Source: Promethearchaeota archaeon (GTDB taxonomy: Archaea > Asgardarchaeota > Lokiarchaeia > Sigyniarchaeales > SOKP01). From it: a DNA stretch of 64,000 nucleotides. Positions 19,492 to 31,400 of this stretch are shown here, piece after piece. Numbering within the stretch: position 1 is the stretch's first letter; the number at the start of each line of letters is the position of its first letter. A program made the translations under genes and the position numbers. The stretch covers positions 1 to 64,000 of the forward strand of contig JAEOTR010000044.1 of NCBI GenBank assembly GCA_016839705.1, given 5' to 3'. The notes under the pieces were generated by a model. The model was not told the DNA's origin, searched no databases, and was given only the letters and a program-made list of their open reading frames with translations.

Positions 19492-21012
19492 TCATTTTAA
19501 TATGGATTTGCCTACAACGCTTGGGTGTGGTTTGATCCCTAATAAGTTCAAAAGAGTTGGAACCATATCTGTTGTTTTACAATATGTTAATTCCATTTGT
19601 GGAATTTCAGAGGAACCACCGATAATGAATGGAACTACCATTGATTCTCTAAGTCCATTATCATGAGAATATGGCGTTCTTCCAACTGTTTTTCCATGTT
19701 CATAATTGAAGTAATGAGTTCCTAAGGTTGAGATTATAATATCACACGATCTAGGATTTTTGAAATAACGGGGGATTTGATCTATAATCATTGGAAAATT
19801 AATGTGATTTGTAGCTTCTAACCATTCTTCAATTGTATGGAATTTATTATCAAGAGCTTTAGCTGATTTTTCATTTTGATAATATCCATAAAAATCATTT
19901 CCATCAAAAATATATCTTGATTTTTGTTCCTTACCAAAACCTTGATATTCTATCAGTCCACTCATTCTTTTTTCTGAATCTTTCTCTTGATACTCAATAT
20001 GGATTATTCCTTTTTCAGGTTTATTATTATCTTCTCTATAATACATATACTTAACTCCTGGAATTTCCCACAGTGTCTCGATAAGATTCAATTTTTCTTT
20101 TCCAATACCACTCGTTTCAAATTTTTGTAGCTGTTGAAGGGAAGGATGATGGTGCCATGTCTCTCCCGGAAAATTAAAAAAGCCAACTGAACCAAAAACA
20201 CAATCGAAATCTCCAATCCCTTTTTCAGGAATATAAGGTTTCAACCCTTTTTGTTGAAAAAAAGGTTCCAGATCAAAATGTTCTTTTCCTTTATAATTAC
20301 CATGGTCCGTAATTATACCGATTGCTGTAGAATCGTAATATCCTGTCTTTTTCAATGTATTCAATAAAGCTCCTAGATATCTATCACAATCAATTATGAG
20401 ATTGATATATTCAGAATCATTAAATCCGTTTTTATGCATAATATCATCCGTTTGGAAAACATAACCTATACTTATTATAGGAACTTCGTTATTTGGAAAA
20501 TACTTCCGAGGATGTTCAAAAGCATCTTCGATATTTTTGAAGATACCCTCTACATCAAAAACATTTTTTCCAACATCAAATACGGCCCCACGAAATAAGA
20601 AGCAACTAGAGCTTAAGGTATTTCCTTGCGGTGCTTGTTCAAAAATGGTTTTGACGTTTTTACCAACATCTTTATTTATTTTTAATAACTGCGATCTATC
20701 CCCATAATTACGAATAAAAGGCCTTTTTTTACTCGTTGATGGAGGATCCATTCTATCTAACCAATGATACATTGGAACCGCGTTTCCTTCTTTCGGATAA
20801 TATCCGGAATAGGAACCAGTAACTATATTGCCATAACAAGGAAAAGTAATAGCGGGATAAGAAGTAATACAATTTAAGCACTTTACACCATTTTCTGTAA
20901 TTTGTGCAATATTTGGAAGCTTTCCCTCATTCATCAAACCAAATAAAAGTTCAGCACGAATATCATCAAAGATTATTAGGATAGCTTGGTTAACTTTAGC
21001 ACTACGACTCAT
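19492..21012 (-). CDS. Alkaline phosphatase superfamily / nucleotide pyrophosphatase-phosphodiesterase
   Basis: IIFDDIR, YPAITFP (Thr nucleophile), DDIMH, TDHG, DMVPT. Confidence 0.85.
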   Translation of the reverse strand: MSRSAKVNQAILIIFDDIRAELLFGLMNEGKLPNIAQITENGVKCLNCITSYPAITFPCYGNIVTGSYSGYYPKEGNAVPMYHWLDRMDPPSTSKKRPFIRNYGDRSQLLKINKDVGKNVKTIFEQAPQGNTLSSSCFLFRGAVFDVGKNVFDVEGIFKNIEDAFEHPRKYFPNNEVPIISIGYVFQTDDIMHKNGFNDSEYINLIIDCDRYLGALLNTLKKTGYYDSTAIGIITDHGNYKGKEHFDLEPFFQQKGLKPYIPEKGIGDFDCVFGSVGFFNFPGETWHHHPSLQQLQKFETSGIGKEKLNLIETLWEIPGVKYMYYREDNNKPEKGIIHIEYQEKDSEKRMSGLIEYQGFGKEQKSRYIFDGNDFYGYYQNEKSAKALDNKFHTIEEWLEATNHINFPMIIDQIPRYFKNPRSCDIIISTLGTHYFNYEHGKTVGRTPYSHDNGLRESMVVPFIIGGSSEIPQMELTYCKTTDMVPTLLNLLGIKPHPSVVGKSILK

Positions 21013-21131
21013 ATTTATCTAATAATTGATAGTAATTTATATAAATTTTAAATAAAATATTGTTGTATAGAATTAGAATTTTTAATTTTTAAAAATTGAG
21101 AAAAAATCATATCAACCTCAATTAACTAATA

Positions 21132-22211
21132 ATGGAGACAAATCACACAATATTTTTCAAAGATTCATCGGATATGAGTGAGTTACAATCTAATTCTATA
21201 GATTTAATGATAACATCTCCACCTTACCCCATGATAGAGATGTGGGATACATTGTTTTCCTCTTTAAATGATGATATAAAACAGGCACTTGAAAAAGGGG
21301 ATGGGAAAAAAGCATTTAATTTAATGCATGAAGAATTAGATAAAGTATGGAGTGAAGTTGCACGTGTTTTAAAGATTGGGGGAATAGCGTGCATTAATAT
21401 TGGTGATGCTACAAGAAAGATTGGAAAGAGTTTTCAATTATATCCAAATCATGTTAAATTAACTACTTCTTTCCAGAACAATGGATTCATAGAATTGCCA
21501 TCTATTTTATGGAGAAAACCGACAAATAGCCCAAATAAATTCTTAGGGTCTGGTATGTTGCCTCCTAATGCATACATAACTCTCGAACATGAATATATTT
21601 TGATTTTTAGGAAAGGAGATATAAAAAAAATGTTCCCACCAAAATCAGAAAATAGATATAATAGTGCCTTTTTTTGGGAAGAGCGAAATAAATGGTTTAC
21701 AGACGTCTGGGAGGATATAAAAGGAGTTTCGCAGAATTTGATTAATAATACCAATGATAAGAATAATACAAGGGAACGATCAGCAGCTTTCCCTTTAGAA
21801 TTACCATATCGCTTAATTAATATGTTTTCAGTATATGAAGATAAAATCTTAGATCCATTTTGGGGAACAGGAACCACAACCTTAGCTGCAATGATCTCTA
21901 CTAGAAATTCAATTGGATTTGAGCTTAATTCTGGATTTATGAAAGTATTTAGAGGAAATTTAAATAATCTAAAAGAGTTGAATATAGCAATAATTAAGAG
22001 TAGATTGAATCGACATCTGAATTTCATTAAAAAATATAAGATGAAAGATAAAGATGTTAAATACAATGCTATTTATTACAATTTTCCTGTTATCACTCAA
22101 CAAGAAAGAGATATATTATTTTACATCATAAAAGAGTATCGAGAAGGAATTAACCATTTTACGCTTGATCATAAGCAATTTGAATTTGAATCAGAAAATA
22201 AAATTAGCTAA
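21132..22211 (+). CDS. Beta-class DNA amino-methyltransferase (N4-C/N6-A), orphan
   Basis: TSPPY precedes LDPFWGTGTT. Confidence 0.9.
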   Translation: METNHTIFFKDSSDMSELQSNSIDLMITSPPYPMIEMWDTLFSSLNDDIKQALEKGDGKKAFNLMHEELDKVWSEVARVLKIGGIACINIGDATRKIGKSFQLYPNHVKLTTSFQNNGFIELPSILWRKPTNSPNKFLGSGMLPPNAYITLEHEYILIFRKGDIKKMFPPKSENRYNSAFFWEERNKWFTDVWEDIKGVSQNLINNTNDKNNTRERSAAFPLELPYRLINMFSVYEDKILDPFWGTGTTTLAAMISTRNSIGFELNSGFMKVFRGNLNNLKELNIAIIKSRLNRHLNFIKKYKMKDKDVKYNAIYYNFPVITQQERDILFYIIKEYREGINHFTLDHKQFEFESENKIS

Positions 22212-22240
22212 TCAATACTAATAGAGTGATTCTAATAATA

Positions 22241-22957
22241 CTATTTTTTTTTTTTAACTTTTTTCTTCATCAAGAGGTTATTCAGTTCCTCGATTTTTTG
22301 ATCTTTTATTTTGTTTTGTATCCCCAATACATCAAGTTTTCTTATTAATTTTTCATTTTCATTTTTTAGTATTTCTAATTCATTATTTTTAGAATCGATG
22401 ATTTTTGTTTGTTCATCTATTTGGGCTTGTAGAGAATATGCCATCCTTCGTTCTATAGCCTCTTCCTTTTTTTTTAATTTAGTATCAAATTCAGAAACAT
22501 CTATCGATTCTTTTTTTAATTGGTCTATTAACAACTTGTATTTATTTACTTTATCCTGTAACTCATTCACAAGGACTTCTAATGGGGGTTTAGATCTTAA
22601 ATTTTCGATTCTAATAACTGATGAATCAGGATTGTTTGCTCTTTCATTTTCTAACTGTTGTTGCAATTGAGTTTTTTCCTTTCTTAAAAAACCCATTCTG
22701 TCTTTTAAATCTCTAATTTCCTCATCTTTTTCCCTAAGTTTGAGAGTCATTTTAGACTCAGCTGCTTGTCCCTTTTTCCCTTTTTTTTTATCATCTGGAA
22801 CAATTTGCTCTAATTGTATGACCTGAGCTTCAAGTTGTTCAAGTTTGTAGAGATATTCGATGATTTCATTGTCTTTTTTATCCAATTCTGTTTCTAAACT
22901 TTCAATTCGTTTTCTTAATGTATCTATTTCAATATTCATGTCATTATTTGTATCCAA
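22241..22957 (-). CDS. Coiled-coil protein of unknown function
   Basis: Heptad-rich E/K/L/I composition throughout, poly-Lys tail. Confidence 0.75.
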   Translation of the reverse strand: MDTNNDMNIEIDTLRKRIESLETELDKKDNEIIEYLYKLEQLEAQVIQLEQIVPDDKKKGKKGQAAESKMTLKLREKDEEIRDLKDRMGFLRKEKTQLQQQLENERANNPDSSVIRIENLRSKPPLEVLVNELQDKVNKYKLLIDQLKKESIDVSEFDTKLKKKEEAIERRMAYSLQAQIDEQTKIIDSKNNELEILKNENEKLIRKLDVLGIQNKIKDQKIEELNNLLMKKKVKKKK

Positions 22958-23111
22958 TATTATCCCTTTTATATTAAGATTTATAGAATCATGAAGTTCT
23001 GATTTAATAAAATAATACTATTACTTCTATTAAAATTTAGTTGAGATAATTCATAAATAATAATTTAAGGAATTGGATGAGATAAAAAATCTGTCCCCTA
23101 AAGTATTTGCT

Positions 23112-25175
23112 TTAAGCAACAGATTCTAAGAACCTGTAAGCGATATATAAAAACAATTCATTTACATTTTCTCCTGTTTTAGCAGAGGTGAGAATATAAT
23201 GAAAGCCAAGGAGATTGGCAATCCTTTTTATTTCTTCTTCACTGATACATATTTTATCCTCTAAATCAGACTTATTTGCAACAATTATAACATTCAATTC
23301 CTCCCCTATATACCTAGATATTTCATCATACCACTTTTGTATAGATTTAAGACTACCAGGTCTGGTCCGATCTACAACAATAAAAGCAGCATTAGATCCT
23401 CCATAAAATCTTTTTCGAAAAGGGGTCATTTGTGTTATTTGTCCTCCAATATCCCAAATCGCAAAATTTATCTTTGTATTTTTTGCTAAATCAATGGTTT
23501 TTTTTGAGATCTTTACTCCAACGGTACTATGATATGTGTCTTTGAAGAGGTTCTCTACAAATCTAAATATTAAGGAAGTTTTTCCTACTTCATAATCTCC
23601 TATTAATATTAATTTTAAAGAGTAATCTCCTGTAGGAATCTTTCCATCTTTAGTTTTAGAGAGGATTTTTATTATATCTGGGATTTGAAGAGATACATTT
23701 TCATTACCTGCAAGCAGCATTTCAATTTTACCGGCTATATGTTCAGAATATACTCTTAATTCAGTATCAGTGCTTGAAAGATCCGAAATAGTTAGCAATA
23801 TTGATTTTAAACCCATTGAACAATATGCAAACTTTTTATTGCCAATTGTAGTAATATTAAAAAAACTGGTTTGTTCTACGAATTCTTTTTTAATTCTATC
23901 TATATAACTATCAACAGATGCAGCTATCGCTCCTACCACGTTTTCATCTTCCGTATCTCCTTTTTTCTCTGAAGTGATAATTAATCCCTCTCGGTCACAG
24001 ATTGTAATTGCTATAACACCTTCAATTTCATTCATAAAATTCTTTAGTATCATTTTTAAACGAGTTTCTAAGAATGAGAGATTTTTACTTGAAGATTCCT
24101 GAGTAACACCCCTTATTTTAGCAGTGGATTGAAGATCAAGTGATTCGATTTCTCTTATACCTTCTTTTAACTTTAATTGCATTTTATAGAACGGTTCTAC
24201 ATTATCTCCAAGCTTTAAAGAAAGATTAATAATTTCATCAAATAGAGTTTCTAAATGTTCATAGTTCTCGTCCTTCATATTCTTTTCTAATTCTTCAATC
24301 AATCTTTTTTTTTCAAAAAACATATTGATCATGGGTGAAATATCATTCTTCATTTCTAGAATTTCTGATATCATTAGAACCAATTTCTCTCGGTTTTGAG
24401 GGTCTGTAGCAATAATCGAATAGGAATTTAAACCTAAAACTTCTTTGATTTTTGATATATCAACTGTATTCTCTAAATCTTGTTTATTTCCTATTCCTGC
24501 AGTATAAGCATAAGGAACCTCTTCTTCAATTTTGCTCAAGAAGGATTTAGAGTTCTCTATATTTTTTTGAGTAGAATCCGTGATTAAAAGAATAACATCA
24601 CTTCCTCTAATAAAATTATTCCACAAAAAGCCTATTTTTTCATCACCAACAAAATTACGTAGAAGAAAGTATATTCTTCCGACTTTTAGAGTACCCTCCT
24701 CGCCCGATATGATCGGTTGACTTTCTATTGAGATCTCTTTTGACCTTAGAAGATTGAAAATCGTGTTTTTACCTACTCCGGAATATCCTATTAACGTTAT
24801 TATTGGGGGCATTCTATTCTGAACTAAGTAAATTAAATGATCGATTTTCTCAAGATGTTTTTCATCAGCGAAATCAAAAGAATTGGGCTTAATAAGATTA
24901 AAAAACTCTCTTTTAAAACGCCTTATCTCCTTTTCAATCTTATTAAGAGAATCCTGTATTGTGTTTATGAATAAAAAAAGGTAATTACTTTCAAATATAT
25001 ACGATACTCTAAATTTATAATAATCTTTATACTTAAAATCCTTTATTTCCCTTGAAATCGTATCTTCTATCATTGGATTTATCAAATTCTGGAAGGGTTC
25101 CTCTTCTAAAGACAACCCGAATTGCTTTGTGTAAATTAGGGTCCTGTTTTGGTAAATAGATATTTTACGTAAAAT
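23112..25175 (-). CDS. Multidomain protein: longin - degenerate small GTPase - helical linker - roadblock - Rab-like GTPase; probable ATT start
   Basis: GYSGVGKNT/NFVG/NKQD (first G domain); EGVIAITICDREGLII (roadblock); GDYEVGKTS, WDIGGQ, NKSD, TSAK (second). Frame extends 20 codons upstream of track start (ILRKISIYQNRTLIYTKQFG) to ATT after GGTG. Confidence 0.85.
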   Translation of the reverse strand: MLRKISIYQNRTLIYTKQFGLSLEEEPFQNLINPMIEDTISREIKDFKYKDYYKFRVSYIFESNYLFLFINTIQDSLNKIEKEIRRFKREFFNLIKPNSFDFADEKHLEKIDHLIYLVQNRMPPIITLIGYSGVGKNTIFNLLRSKEISIESQPIISGEEGTLKVGRIYFLLRNFVGDEKIGFLWNNFIRGSDVILLITDSTQKNIENSKSFLSKIEEEVPYAYTAGIGNKQDLENTVDISKIKEVLGLNSYSIIATDPQNREKLVLMISEILEMKNDISPMINMFFEKKRLIEELEKNMKDENYEHLETLFDEIINLSLKLGDNVEPFYKMQLKLKEGIREIESLDLQSTAKIRGVTQESSSKNLSFLETRLKMILKNFMNEIEGVIAITICDREGLIITSEKKGDTEDENVVGAIAASVDSYIDRIKKEFVEQTSFFNITTIGNKKFAYCSMGLKSILLTISDLSSTDTELRVYSEHIAGKIEMLLAGNENVSLQIPDIIKILSKTKDGKIPTGDYSLKLILIGDYEVGKTSLIFRFVENLFKDTYHSTVGVKISKKTIDLAKNTKINFAIWDIGGQITQMTPFRKRFYGGSNAAFIVVDRTRPGSLKSIQKWYDEISRYIGEELNVIIVANKSDLEDKICISEEEIKRIANLLGFHYILTSAKTGENVNELFLYIAYRFLESVA

Positions 25176-25410
25176 AATTAAACACCAAAGAATCTCGATA
25201 TTAAAATGTTATAATAAATATTGTTCTTATATTAATCATATTGGATTTCTTTATTTATTTTTTCCGTAAGATACAGTTGAAACTTTCAATAAAAAAGAAT
25301 TTTTTATTAACTAGAAGGTGATCCTCTAAATATATATACATGTAATATCTATGTTTTTATTAAATTTAATTTATTAAAATTTAGCTTTTTAGAAAAGAGT
25401 TTAGTTTAGA

Positions 25411-28400
25411 ATGAAATTTTATAGAAAAACTTTAAAACGTAAACTGAAGTTATCTAGTATCCTATTATTTCTTCTAATTGTTCCAATTATCCTGAATGCA
25501 TCGCTATTTAATATATTTCATTTTAAAGAATTTAATGAAGAAGAAAACAGTTTTGATATCAAAGAAACCCCAAGATTAAATGCACCACCTAATGCAGATC
25601 ATTTTACTTCTTACAAAACAATTACAATAGATCATAATAAAGTTGCAGGATCAAGCACCTATCCTAATTTTCCTGTTTTTATTTCAATTACTGATCCTGA
25701 TTTAAAAACTGATGTTCAACCAGATGGGGATGATATTGCATTCTCTGTAGAAAATACTTGGGTAGATCATGAAATAGAGTTATTTGATCAAGCATTTAAT
25801 CCCACACATGCTCGATTGATGGCCTGGGTGCGAATTCCTAGTTTATCGGGTATTACTGATACAGTAATCAGAATGTATTATGGGAACTCTACCACAAGTT
25901 CGAGGCAAAACCCCGATGGAGTGTGGGAAAATAACTATAGAGGTGTCTGGCATTTAAATGAACAAATTGGTGGGTCAGATGCCATAATTGATTCAACCGC
26001 ATATTCAAATGACGGAACAGATATTAACAGTCCTAATCTAGGGCAGAATGGTCAGATTTATAACTCCATTGGTTTCACTGATGCTTCTGGTCAGAGAATC
26101 CAAGCTTCTGATGATTCAAGTTTAGATATATCCAACCAATTAACTGTGGAAGCATGGATAAATCCAACCGTTGTTTTTGAATGGTCAACTATCGTAAGTA
26201 AAATGGATGGAGCGTGGGGTAGTGGAGATGTATCCAATTTTGATATCTATGTTGCAATCAGCGATCTTGGAAATTTTTATATCGGACTGTCTAATCCTTC
26301 AGATATATGGGATGAATGGTATTCACCTGTCTCGGTTTCCACCGGTACATGGCAACATTTTGTCTTTACTTATCAAAGTTCGACATCAATGGGAAGAATT
26401 TTTGTAAACGGCGCTTTCATGAGTGAACACGATTTTGGTATCGGGACATTAGGTACAAATGGAAATCCCCTTTATATTGGCTTTAATAGAGGGTGGACAG
26501 GAGAAGTTTTTGATGGTTTAATTGATGAAGTTCGAATTTCCAGTATACCTCGTTCATCTGGATGGATAAATACAGAATACGTCAACCAAAATGATCCGGA
26601 TACATTTTATACAGTTGGAGCGGAACAAGTTGTATCTTCTGATCCTCCCAATGCTCATTACTTTACTTATTATAAAACAATCACTATTGATCAAACTCAG
26701 GTTGTTGGCTCAGGAAGTCATGTTAATTTTCCAGTTTTAATATCTTTTGTTGATAATGATTTGAAATATCACGCTCAACCTGATGGTGATGATATTGCTT
26801 TTTCTATCAGTGGAGATTGGTTGAATCATGAAATTGAGCTATTTGATCAATCTTATAGCAGCACACAAGCTCAACTAGTAGCCTGGGTACAGATTCCTTA
26901 TCTCTCTACTAGTAAAAATACAACATTTACAATGTATTATGGTAATTCAACTATGACCTCTCAAGAAAACCCTAGTGGTGTATGGAATTCTAATTATGTT
27001 GGTGTATGGCATTTAAATGAAAATCCTGGAGGAACTGTTTATGATAGTACTTCTTATAATAATGATGGTACTACTCTCGGATCAATGGATACTTCCGATT
27101 TAGTGTTATGTAAAGTTGGTAAAGGATATGAATTAGATGGTGTTAATGATATAATTAGTGTTTCTGATAGTACAAGTTTAGATACGGTAAATGATGAAGG
27201 GACATTATCTTTATGGTTAAATTGGGTTGATCCTTCAGCAGGAAGATATCAAAGAGTTATGACTACAAGCAATCGTTTTGAATTAAATCCCACTCCCCCT
27301 CCTACATACCTCCAAACTGATGGTTTTGAATGGGCGGTACAACCCGATGGTGATCATTTTTTCTACCCTTATGGGGGAAATAGTATCAATTATAACCTCG
27401 CCACGAATCCTTTTACAAATAATTATTGGCATTATGTAGTGGTAACACTTAAGTTTTCTACTAAAACCGTTAAAATTTACTTAGATGGGACTTCTTTGAG
27501 TTTTTCAATAGAAAATGTACCCTCACAGTGGTTAGTACTAGCTAATCTTGAAGATTGGCTGTGGGGTGGAGATACTGTTACCACCGGAAGTCAATTTGAA
27601 GGTAAATTTGATGAGATCCGTGTTTCCAACGTTGAACGTTCTGCTAATTGGATAACAACAGAATATAATAACCAATTTGACCCGAGTTTATTTTATACGG
27701 TGGGGAGTGAACAGCTTGTGTCTGAACAACCTTCTGATGTGGAAAATTTCAACTACTACAAAATAATTACTATTGACCATACAAAAGTGAATGGAACAGG
27801 TAGTCATCTAAATTTTCCTCTTCTTATCTCTATCCTCGATTCAGACTTGAAATACGACGTTCAAAATGATGGTGATGATATTGCCTTTTCAATGGATGGT
27901 AAATGGCTTGATCATCAAATAGAGCAATTTAATCAAAGTTATAGTGGTACTCATGCTCGATTAATCACATGGGTTCGTGTACCATTTTTATCAACTGCAT
28001 TTGAATCCCAAATTAGGATGTATTATGGCAATTCAACTATCAATTCACGGCAAAATCCCATGGGAGTATGGCTTTCTGATTATGCTGGAGTATGGCATTT
28101 AAATGAGGATCCATCCGGTGTTCCCCTCCAGATTAAAGATAGCGCTCTTCCTGCCAGTGATGGTGCAACTTACGGCAGTATGACTTCTTCAGATCAAGTT
28201 CCCGGAATTATTGGGGGTGCATTAGATTTCGATGGAGTTAATGATTATGTAGATTTTGGGAATCCTGGGGAAATGCAAATTACAGGTGAGATTACTGTCC
28301 AAGCTTGGCTTAAAGTCGATTATATTGGAAATGATTATTTAATAGTAAAATCGGGAGAACCTGGTTTTAGAGGGTGGGATATCAGTTTTGACGATGATCC

Positions 28401-31400
28401 CGGTATTGCTCCTGATGGATGGATTATGTTCCGTTATTCTCCAGACGGATCTAATACTGTTATTACTGGTTATGAACGAGTAAAAATAAATCAATGGTAC
28501 CACGTAGTAGGTGTTTTTAAACCAAATGAATATTCAAAATTATTCTTAAATGGGACCCAGGTCGCTATAAGAACGGCAGGAGTTTCACCTTCAATGAATG
28601 ATCCTTCCTTACCTCTTCGTATTGCCAGGCGATCGGATGCATCAACATCATATGTGAATGGAATTGTAGATGAAGTTCGTGTATCTACGATTGCACGTTC
28701 TAATGATTGGATTGTTTCTGAGTATTCAAATCAATATGATCCTTCTACTTTTTATTCTGTCGGTCCAGAACAATCCATAAAAATACTACCTTTTGTAGAT
28801 GCTCAAATTAACGCTATTGACTTATATAATAACTTATTGCCTAATGTAACTATTTCGGTATATCAGTTTACTCAATTAATGGATCGTAGCATTACTGATA
28901 TTAATGGTTCTGTTTTATTTTCTAATCTTATTGAAGGAGAATACAACTTTACGGCATCAATATATTCAGATATCGCAAATGTGACCGAAATAGTAAATGT
29001 TACATTGGGAGCAATTTCTCTTAATCAATCATTTCAAACGGTTGATTTAATTTGTAATGTAACCTCCCACTTCTTCGAACTACTAGATACCGATGCGAGT
29101 CCTTTAGAGTCAGGATGGATTATGGTTGGAAATGATACGCATATACTCAAGCAATGTATTATAGATCCAACTGGACACACAACGTTTTGGTGGGTAGATG
29201 CTCCTCCATCCGAATATAACTATACTGTCTACTATAGCAACGCGTTTTATAATCCTTCAACTCTTACGCTTGCTTCAGGAGATATAACAACGGAAAATGA
29301 TACTATATATATTCAAATCGGATTAACCACTGTAGATTTTCTAGTGCAAACCATTACTCAACCAATTACTCCTGTAAGTGGTGCTAAGCTTATATTGACT
29401 GTCGGTGATCCATTAGGTGCAAGTATTGCTAATTTAACCACCGATATAAATGGACAAACGACATTAAGATGGTTGAATTCATCAGGGATCGGTGGAGACT
29501 ATTGTGTTCAGATTGAATTCTTCGGAGTGAATAGATTATTTAACGATACAATAGGTCCTGCTTCGGTATATAATTACAGTTTTACAGTGAACAATAGAGA
29601 TTCTATTGAGTTTAGAATGTCAATTGATCTTAACAAATTTCAAACAGAATTAATTTCCTTAAATCCTTCTGATTATATTGAAATTGAATGGGGAACAGTT
29701 TTGAAATTAAGAACATTGTTTAATGTGAGTAAAGTAGAAGCGGGTTATGAATCATTATTAGGACCAGAATATGCCGATATAATGACATTTGAAATGTTAT
29801 ATGGAGGTATTTCTTTATTCTCAGGTGTATTTGAAAAAGAAGTTGGAAATGAAGGAAGACATTACGTGAGTATAGATACTCATGATATGGATAGTGATAC
29901 GAGTTATATTATTATTATTTCAGCTCAAAAGTCTGGATATTCTATTCCCTCAAGCCTAATCCTTCAATTAGATGTTTTAGAAATTGATGTAGAATTAAAT
30001 CAATCCGATAACGATAATTCCGCAACATCAGTATATTGGTCAGATATCGCTGATATGACGTTAAAATCTTACGGTGTAAATTCTGAGACTCTTACCATAG
30101 AAAATGCCCTTTTCCAAGATGTTGATCATAATTTTAGTTTCCTTATTTCTGATGTTACCAATAATTGGAACCTCTCTACCATCATCTTTAACATCTATGG
30201 TATTTCATGGAATACGGATATAATTAATATAAATGTCACCATTGAGGATCCTTATAGTGTCTCTCATGTATATAACTCTTCCAATCATTTAGGATGGGAT
30301 TATAACCGAAGTTTATGGACGGGAATTACATTAGATTTAAATAAAGCTAGTCAAACCAATGATAATAATTTTGAATTTAAAATAAGTGGTACTTTTGACG
30401 GAACTGTCGATGTTGTTGTAGATGCATATTGCATAAGAGATTCACTTAGCGTTCGATATTCAAAGTTTAACGTAAGTGATTCTATTTCACTTGAGAGCAA
30501 ATCAGAAGGGTGGGCAATAAAAGATATCATCTTTGAAGTATCTAATTGTTATTATACCTCTAATTGGAGTACTGTAGACCTATCAAGTCTTACAAACTTA
30601 AATTTTACTACAAACGAAGGATTCTCCTATTCTTTAGACACAGGATATTCTAACGGAACGGGTGTTTTAACTATTGATGATAGATTTATATATCCAATAT
30701 TAAATCAATTCTTATTTACTATTGATAGCGAGTTTGATATACTCTTCAATGCAATCATTAAAGTTGGATATGTTCAAGGATTTTATTTGAATCAAATTTT
30801 TGAAACATTTAACTTCACCTCAGCGAAACAAGGAATAGCAAATGGAGGGATTTTCCAATTGAGTGCCAACGAGAATAGTTGGACTGAACAAGAAGCGGAT
30901 CTTTGGATTACAGGAATCAAAACTGGATTAACATATGTCTATCCTTCAGATGTAGGTATGAGTATTACTATCGGAGGTCAATCCTATAGTATATATGATT
31001 ATTCATTAGGAGTTGGAAAGATTTCAATAACAGGATTAACAAAAAATCAACTCTACCAAGCAGACATAGATTATTCAAGCGCGGCAAATTTTAGTCTTTT
31101 ACTTTCAATAGAAAACACTAGAGATATATCATATGAAATAGTAAGTTCATTATCATATGTAATAGTGGAAGAACCTTCTATATTCGGAACGGTTCAGTAT
31201 AATCAACAGTTGCAATACTATCTAAAAATCCTTGATACTTTTCTACTTGATGCTGATGAATATACTGTAAGATTCTCTATAACGAAAGAACACTATATAA
31301 CGACAACAAAAGACCTTAACCTACTCGTTTTAAATCGTCCAACGTTGTTGAATGGTTCTACAGAATTTTTCAGAAAAATTGAATTTATTTATGTTAAAGA

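Noticed and set aside
21449-22066. 205-aa minus-strand ORF, and other short ORFs nested in long genes
   Set aside because: Fully antisense or out of frame within well-supported genes; typical shadow ORFs
25161-25176. 16-bp palindrome TATTTTACGTAAAATA
   Set aside because: AT-rich, overlaps the inferred coding start, single occurrence; chance cannot be excluded
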